A DNA stretch of 64,000 bases from Gemmatimonadota bacterium. Its GTDB lineage: Bacteria > Gemmatimonadota > Gemmatimonadetes > Gemmatimonadales > GWC2-71-9. Below are positions 58,438-64,000 of this stretch, piece after piece (within the stretch, counting starts at the first letter, position 1; each line of letters begins with the position of its first letter). Location: the NCBI GenBank assembly GCA_003221005.1, contig QHTZ01000081.1:19725-83724 (forward strand), written 5' to 3'. The position numbers and the translations under genes were made by a program. Under the pieces are notes generated by a model, which saw only the letters and a program-made list of their open reading frames with translations, ran no database searches and was not told the origin of the DNA.

Positions 58438-58555
58438 CGTCGTCTGGCTAGCCGCTCTCGGAGCACCGTGACCTCCTGATCGTTGTCGAGGGCACGGTTG
58501 CGCCGGGCTGCCACCGGTAGCAGCTTGACGGGAAACGTGCCGCAGGAGCAGGAGA

Positions 58556-60463
58556 ATGACGGCGGTGCAGAGCACCCAGGACCCGGTATACGCACGCTGG
58601 CGCAACGCGCCGGAGCGGTTCTGGGAGGACGCCGCCGAAGCGGTCCACTGGTACCGGCGCTGGGACCGTGTGCTCGACGCGTCCCGGCCGCCCTTTTACC
58701 GGTGGTTCGCGGGCGGCGTGGTCAATACGTGCTACAACGCCCTCGACCGGCACGTGTCGGCCGGGCACGCCGACCAGCCGGCGCTCATCTACGACAGCCC
58801 GGTCACCCAGACGATCAGCTCTTTCACCTATCGCGAGCTGCTGGATCAGGTGTCCCGTTTCGCCGGCGTCTTGATCGGGCAAGGCGTCGGCCGGGGCGAC
58901 CGGGTCATCATCTATATGCCGATGGTCCCCGAGGCCGCCGTCGCGATGCTGGCGTGCGCGCGGATCGGGGCCATCCACTCGGTGGTCTTCGGAGGCTTCG
59001 CGTCACACGAGCTGGCAGCCCGCATCAGCCACGCGGGGCCGAAGCTGATCGTCTCCGCCTCGTGCGGCATTGAGGCGAATCGTGTCGTACCCTACAAGCC
59101 GCTCCTCGACAAGGCCATCGAGCTCGCCACGGCCAAGCCGAGCCGCTGCGTCGTGCTCCAGCGACGGCAGGAGCGGGCGCCGATGATCTCAGGCCGCGAC
59201 CTCGACTGGTCGGAGCTCATGGCGGGAGCGCGGCCGGCGGAGTGCGTGCCGGTGGAGGCGACCGATCCCCTGTACATCCTCTACACGTCGGGGACGACGG
59301 GCACGCCGAAGGGTGTGGTGCGCGACAACGGCGGGCATCTGGTCGCGCTCACGTGGAGCATGAAGCACATCTACGGGGTGGAGCCTGGCGAGGTCTACTG
59401 GGCCGCGTCCGACCTCGGTTGGGTGGTGGGCCACTCCTATATCCTCTACGGCCCCTTGTTCAACGGGAACACGACGATCCTGTACGAAGGGAAACCCGTC
59501 GGCACGCCCGATCCCGGCGCCTTCTGGCGCGTGATCTCGCAGCACGGGGTACGCGTCCAGTTCACTGCTCCCACGGCGATCCGCGCGATCAAGCGCGACG
59601 ACCCCGGCGGCGAGTGCGTCCGGCGCTACGACCTCAGCCGCTTTCGGACGCTGTTCCTGGCGGGCGAGCGCTGCGATCCCGATACCCTGCACTGGGCGGA
59701 GCAGCGGCTCGGCGTCCCCGTGGTCGACCACTGGTGGCAGACCGAGACCGGGTGGCCGATCGGCGCGAACTGCGTCGGCCTGGGGATGATTCCGGTGAAG
59801 CCGGGCTCGTGTGCCCGCGCGGTCCCGGGGTACGACGTGCGCGTGCTGGGAGGGGACGGTCGCGAAGTCCCCGACGGCCGAACGGGGAGTCTCGTCATCA
59901 AGCTGCCCCTGCCGCCCGGTTGCCTGCCCACCCTGTGGAACAACGATTCCGGCTTCGTCCAGTCGTATCTGAGCACGTATCCCGGCTACTACCTCACCGC
60001 CGACGCTGGCTACAAGGATGCCGACGGCTATCTGTGGGTCATGAGCCGCACCGACGACATCATCAACGTGGCCGGCCACCGGCTCTCCACAGGTGCGATG
60101 GAGGAGGTGCTAGCGTCCCACCCCGACGTGGCCGAGTGCGCCGTGGTGGGGGTGGCGGATGAGCTCAAGGGTGAGGTCCCGCTGGGATTCATCGTGCTGA
60201 AGGCGGGGGTGCGGCGCGCTCCAGAGACCGTCGTCCAAGAGTTGGTCGAGATGGTCCGCGAGCGGATCGGGCCGGTCGCCTGCTTCAAGACGGCCACCGT
60301 CGTTCAGCGGCTGCCCAAGACGCGTTCCGGCAAGATCCTGCGCGGCACTGTGAAGAAGATCGCGGACGGGATCGAGTATCGCGTGCCACCCACGATCGAC
60401 GACCCGGCGATTCTCGACGAGATCACGTCGGCGCTGGCGGCCCTCGGCTATCCCCACCGTTGA
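58556..60463 (+). CDS. prpE: propionyl-CoA/acyl-CoA synthetase (PrpE/ACSS3-like)
   Basis: 635 aa. WFAGGVVNTCYNALDRH, YTSGTTGTPKG, YLTADAGYKDADGYLWVMSRTDDIINVAGHRLST, PKTRSGKILR. Confidence 0.88.
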   Translation: MTAVQSTQDPVYARWRNAPERFWEDAAEAVHWYRRWDRVLDASRPPFYRWFAGGVVNTCYNALDRHVSAGHADQPALIYDSPVTQTISSFTYRELLDQVSRFAGVLIGQGVGRGDRVIIYMPMVPEAAVAMLACARIGAIHSVVFGGFASHELAARISHAGPKLIVSASCGIEANRVVPYKPLLDKAIELATAKPSRCVVLQRRQERAPMISGRDLDWSELMAGARPAECVPVEATDPLYILYTSGTTGTPKGVVRDNGGHLVALTWSMKHIYGVEPGEVYWAASDLGWVVGHSYILYGPLFNGNTTILYEGKPVGTPDPGAFWRVISQHGVRVQFTAPTAIRAIKRDDPGGECVRRYDLSRFRTLFLAGERCDPDTLHWAEQRLGVPVVDHWWQTETGWPIGANCVGLGMIPVKPGSCARAVPGYDVRVLGGDGREVPDGRTGSLVIKLPLPPGCLPTLWNNDSGFVQSYLSTYPGYYLTADAGYKDADGYLWVMSRTDDIINVAGHRLSTGAMEEVLASHPDVAECAVVGVADELKGEVPLGFIVLKAGVRRAPETVVQELVEMVRERIGPVACFKTATVVQRLPKTRSGKILRGTVKKIADGIEYRVPPTIDDPAILDEITSALAALGYPHR

Positions 60464-60616
60464 TTGCGCCCTGGCGCGCCCCTCTCCGTGGACGGAACGG
60501 CATTCATTTGCACCTACGAATGCACCTTCTGCGACAAGTGCAGTACCACGATGGCTCATAAGTGTCCGAACTGCGGTGGCGAGCTAGTCCGGCGCCCGCG
60601 GCGGCGCGACTTATGA
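60464..60616 (+). CDS. DUF1272-like zinc-ribbon micro-protein, N-terminally short
   Basis: TTG directly after the prpE TGA. LRPGAPLSVDGTAFICTYECTFCDKCSTTMAHKCPNCGGELVRRPRRRDL. The usual first CxxC knuckle is absent. Below the track's length cut-off. Confidence 0.45.
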   Translation: MRPGAPLSVDGTAFICTYECTFCDKCSTTMAHKCPNCGGELVRRPRRRDL

Positions 60617-60698
60617 CGTTGGGGATGGCGGTGCTCCTGGCAATTGGTGAGATCGTGGTGCAGGTGCGACGTCGGGCAACGTCCGCCTAGCCAGGCTC

Positions 60699-61184
60699 AT
60701 GTCCACCACACGTCTCGTTCTGCTCCTCGCGGTAGGTCTTGCAGTCGGCTTTCTCGTCCTACTACTGCTAACGCCCGGGCCCAGCCCTGAACCGGCCCCG
60801 CCACCACCGGCCGCGGAGCCGCCCAAACCGCCGCTTCAGGCAGACGCCGAAGGGCACTACGTCCCAGGCTACAGCTTCTCGGTAGGTCGTTTCCGATTCA
60901 CCGGTTTCAGCCTGCGTCCGGAGGCCTTTGTCACATTCGCCACCTCTTCTGGTACGGAGCAGGGGGTGTCCTGCCTCGAGGCTACAATCACTGCTGCTAG
61001 TTTCCACCTTCGCTGTGAGGACCGTCAGGTGGGCAGCGTCACGATCGACGGCAAGTTTCTCACGCGAGTGGCGACGAACAGACTCGATACTCCGGTCGTT
61101 GCAGCAGTCGTGACGATTCGCTCTGGGAGCGGAGACATCCTGTATAGCGCGCGCGACTCGTTCGCCTGGGACTCGGCCCGTTAG
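60699..61184 (+). CDS. membrane-anchored hypothetical protein with Pro-rich linker
   Basis: 161 aa. N-terminal helix LVLLLAVGLAVGFLVLLLL, then the PGPSPEPAPPPPAAEPPKPP linker and a beta-rich domain. Confidence 0.45.
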   Translation: MSTTRLVLLLAVGLAVGFLVLLLLTPGPSPEPAPPPPAAEPPKPPLQADAEGHYVPGYSFSVGRFRFTGFSLRPEAFVTFATSSGTEQGVSCLEATITAASFHLRCEDRQVGSVTIDGKFLTRVATNRLDTPVVAAVVTIRSGSGDILYSARDSFAWDSAR

Positions 61185-61197
61185 GGCCGGATACAAA

Positions 61198-62130
61198 ATG
61201 CACACGTCGAAGCAGGTTCTTGATGCCATTGGCAATACGCCCCTGGTCGAGCTCCGCCGCCTGGTGCCGTCGGGCTCCGCCCGCGTCGTCGCGAAGCTCG
61301 AGTCTGCCAACCCCACCGGGAGTATGAAGGATCGCGTGGCCCAGGCCATGGTCGAGCGTGCCGCGGCGGACGGGAGACTGCGACCGGGCGGGACGGTGGT
61401 CGAGTACACCGCGGGAACCACCGGGGTCTCCCTCGCCCTGATCTGCGCCGCGCAGGGCTACAAAGCACACTTCGTGTTCTCGGATGCTTTCAGCGACGAG
61501 AAGCGGCACACGATGCGCGCTTACGGCGCCCAACTCACGGACGTCGCGAGCGACCACAAGCGAATCACCGAGCAGCTCATCAAACAGATGATCGCGACCG
61601 CCGCGGAGATCAGTCGCCGGCCGGCCCACTGGTACTGCGATCAACTGAACAATCGAGACGGGGAGGCGGGCTATCATCCCCTGGGCGACGAGCTGTGGGA
61701 GCAGGCTGAGGGGCGCGTCGACGCCTTTGTCCAAGCCGTCGGCACCGCGCATTCCATCCACGGCACGGCGCACACGCTGCAGCGTCACAACCCTCAGGTG
61801 CAAATCGTAGCAGTGGAGCCTGCGGAGTCCGCCGTGCTCTCCGGGAAGCCTTCGGGCTCGCACCAGATCGAGGGGATCGGCATCGGCTTTATCCCACCGC
61901 TGTGGCGGCGCAGTGAGGTGAACGAGATCATCCCGGTGGCGACCGCCGACGCCAAGGCGATGGCTCGGCGGCTCGCGCGCGAAGAAGCTATCTTCGCCGG
62001 GACTTCGACCGGGGCCAACATCGTCGCGGCGCTGCAGGTGGCCAAGCGGCTGGGTGGGGGCGCCACCGTGGCCACGATCATCGTCGATTCGGGGCTGCGC
62101 TATGTCAGCACCGATGTGTACCGAACCTAG
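61198..62130 (+). CDS. cysteine synthase-family PLP enzyme (CysK/CysM/CBS-like)
   Basis: 310 aa. GNTPLVEL, NPTGSMKDRVA (PLP lysine), GTTGVSLA, GIGIGFIP. Confidence 0.85.
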   Translation: MHTSKQVLDAIGNTPLVELRRLVPSGSARVVAKLESANPTGSMKDRVAQAMVERAAADGRLRPGGTVVEYTAGTTGVSLALICAAQGYKAHFVFSDAFSDEKRHTMRAYGAQLTDVASDHKRITEQLIKQMIATAAEISRRPAHWYCDQLNNRDGEAGYHPLGDELWEQAEGRVDAFVQAVGTAHSIHGTAHTLQRHNPQVQIVAVEPAESAVLSGKPSGSHQIEGIGIGFIPPLWRRSEVNEIIPVATADAKAMARRLAREEAIFAGTSTGANIVAALQVAKRLGGGATVATIIVDSGLRYVSTDVYRT

Positions 62131-62163
62131 GCGCGGTCCATTGACCGCAATGAATGAGGACCC

Positions 62164-62265
62164 ATGAGCTCGCAACTTGGAATCATCGTCGCGCTCGTCG
62201 TCGTCCTGGTGGTGCTGCTTCTCTTCCGCGGCAGATCCAAACCCGGCACGGGGGGCGGCACCTGA
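62164..62265 (+). CDS. 33-aa hydrophobic micro-ORF
   Basis: MSSQLGIIVALVVVLVVLLLFRGRSKPGTGGGT, preceded by GAGGA. Weak evidence only. Confidence 0.25.
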   Translation: MSSQLGIIVALVVVLVVLLLFRGRSKPGTGGGT

Positions 62266-62433
62266 CGCTTCGTCCCAGGCAGAGCCTCTGACCAGGGTGG
62301 GGTTGCCGCATAATTAGCGCTTGAAGCTGGCGCGCGAAGCGTCCGCAGCTTATGCGCTATTCGCTAGGCTACCCCGACGGTGCTCCCCATGACCGCTTGG
62401 CCCAAGCCAGATCACCACACGCGGAGATCTCCC

Positions 62434-63795
62434 ATGCCGCTCACCCGCCGACAAATGCTGCTCTCCCTGGCCGCCGGCGCGGCCGCGGGACCGGTACGCT
62501 CCCTCTATCGCGAAGCTGTCGCGGCCGAACCGAGACGCTGGCAAGATCGGCCCCTCCGCGGCCCCGGCGGCCACGTGGATTGGGCAGCCGTACGCGCGCT
62601 GTTTCCGCTGGCGCCCGACTGGGTCCACCTGGCGAGCTTCCTGTTCGTGTCCCATCCGAAGCCCGTGGCGCAGGCGATCGAGCGGTTCCGGCGGAAGCTC
62701 GACGCCGACCCCGTCTGGATCGAGCTCGCGCTGCTGACCGACTCCGAGGGCCGGCCGTTCGTCGCGGTCAAGCGCGCGCTCGCCGAGTACATCGGGGGGC
62801 AGCCGCTCGAGATCTGCCTGTCGTCCAATACGACCGGCGCGCTGGCGCTCGCGTACCAGGGGCTCCGCATCCGCGGCGATCAGGAGATCCTCACCACCGA
62901 GCACGATCACTATTCGCACCACGAATCGATCCGCTACGCCGCCGCCCGGTCGGGGTGCGGGGTGCGATACGTGTCACTGTACGACGCGCCAGCGGCCGCG
63001 AACGCGGATCAGATGGTCGAGCGCCTCGCTCGCGCCATCCGGCCGAGCACGCGAGCGGTGGGCGTCACCTGGGTGCATTCCTCGACCGGCGTAAAGATCC
63101 CGATCGAGGGCATCGCGGCGGCGGTGGCGCGCGCCAACACAGGGCGCGCCGCGGCCGACCGGTGCCTGCTCATCGTCGACGGCGTGCACGGCTTCGCCAA
63201 CCAGGACGTCGACGTGGCGCGACTCGGCTGCGACTTCTTCGCCGCGGGGACGCACAAATGGCTGTTCGCGCCGCGCGGCACGGGATTCCTGTGGGGGCGA
63301 AGCGATGCTTGGACCGAGCTGCGCCCCACGATCCCCACCTTCGACCCGGACGGCCTCGCGGCCTGGGGGGCCTGGATGGATCGCGCAGAGCTGCCCCCCA
63401 CCACGGCAGCGTTCGTCTCTCCCGGTGGGTTTATCGCCTACGAGCACCTGCTCGCGGTACCGGCGGCCGTAGAGCTGCATCGCACCATCGGGCGCGACCG
63501 CATCGCAGCCCGGATCGCCGAGCTGAACGCTGCGTTCCGAGAGGGCGCGGCGAAGCTCCGGGGTGTGACGGTTCACACGCCGCGCGATCCCAGCATCTCC
63601 GGCGGCATCACCTGCTTCGAGGTAGCTGGGCTCGCGGCCGAAGAGGTCACCCAGCGCCTGGCCACGCGGAAGATCCGTACGACCAACTCGCCCTACAAGA
63701 CCTCCTATCCACGCGTGTCCGCGGGAATCATGAACTTTCCGGAAGAGATCGAGACGGTGCTGCGCGCTATCCGCAGCTTGAGCGCGGTGCGTTAG
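62434..63795 (+). CDS. aminotransferase class V-fold PLP enzyme with twin-arginine signal
   Basis: ATG 62434 gives MPLTRRQMLLSLAAGAAAG (Tat-like). THKWLFAPRGTGFLW (PLP lysine). LSSNTTGALAL. Confidence 0.75.
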   Translation: MPLTRRQMLLSLAAGAAAGPVRSLYREAVAAEPRRWQDRPLRGPGGHVDWAAVRALFPLAPDWVHLASFLFVSHPKPVAQAIERFRRKLDADPVWIELALLTDSEGRPFVAVKRALAEYIGGQPLEICLSSNTTGALALAYQGLRIRGDQEILTTEHDHYSHHESIRYAAARSGCGVRYVSLYDAPAAANADQMVERLARAIRPSTRAVGVTWVHSSTGVKIPIEGIAAAVARANTGRAAADRCLLIVDGVHGFANQDVDVARLGCDFFAAGTHKWLFAPRGTGFLWGRSDAWTELRPTIPTFDPDGLAAWGAWMDRAELPPTTAAFVSPGGFIAYEHLLAVPAAVELHRTIGRDRIAARIAELNAAFREGAAKLRGVTVHTPRDPSISGGITCFEVAGLAAEEVTQRLATRKIRTTNSPYKTSYPRVSAGIMNFPEEIETVLRAIRSLSAVR

Positions 63796-63924
63796 GCGGC
63801 AACACGCGGTCCCCTCAACTCCTCTGCCTCCTTGCGCCGGTGGAGGTTGCGCCCGCAGCTTGAGCAAGATCCGTTAAGCGGACGCCACCCTAGTTTCTTG
63901 CGTCCAGCAACAAGGAGAGGACAT

Positions 63925-64000
63925 ATGCGATCCTACCTCCGCGTCTCCGGTGCTCTCTTCGGCGTGATTGCGCTCTTGCACATTCTCAGGCTCCTGGGCC
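63925..64000 (+). CDS. hypothetical membrane protein (5' partial, runs off the right edge)
   Basis: AAGGAGAGG SD, ATG 63925, MRSYLRVSGALFGVIALLHILRLLG.... Confidence 0.3.
   Translation, partial: MRSYLRVSGALFGVIALLHILRLLG

Noticed and set aside
62335-63867. Direct repeats (GCGTCCGCAGCTTATGC / GCGCCCGCAGCTTGAGC) flanking the class V aminotransferase as insertion scars
   Set aside because: Only 14/17 positions match, with no mobility gene and no compositional break. This is plausibly chance similarity in GC-rich sequence.

Overview
A 64-kb, very GC-rich, gene-dense bacterial chromosomal segment. The protein style resembles high-GC soil lineages such as Gemmatimonadota, but I could not verify this. 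I support about 65 CDS. I saw no rRNA, tRNA, CRISPR array, transposase or integrase. Most genes are housekeeping: glpK, dciA-gyrB, ligA, tldD/pmbA, a queD-type PTPS with folE and an SDR, an M13 peptidase, aspC-like, hup, tdk, coaE, gcvH-gcvP with a lipoate ligase-like gene, an Opp/Dpp-type ABC transporter, prpE-like and cysK-like. About 16 gene junctions are 4-nt GTGA/ATGA start/stop overlaps, and I used these to refine starts inside the over-long track ORFs. Many long track ORFs are antisense shadow ORFs, as expected at this GC content. Two things stand out. (1) A dispersed family of period-7 (once period-8) hairpin-forming repeats with core GGGGACGAGGGASGNGGGACG. It fills intergenic gaps exactly, sits in-frame inside at least five CDS (pmbA, herA-like, a Trm112-like gene, an M24 peptidase, a lipoate ligase-like gene), and brackets a four-helix-bundle (23S-IVS-type) gene. 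(2) A tightly coupled minus-strand block from 40299 down to 29538. It joins NurA-like and HerA-like genes to SbcD/Mre11 and SbcC/Rad50 (the archaeal-type end-resection quartet), with a methyltransferase, an embedded lipoprotein, a GNAT and a permease. Four loci have apparent frame disruptions: sbcD (no stop codon), folE, the M24 peptidase and a small Big_2-like lipoprotein. Three of them lie at short homopolymer runs, so assembly indels must be excluded first.
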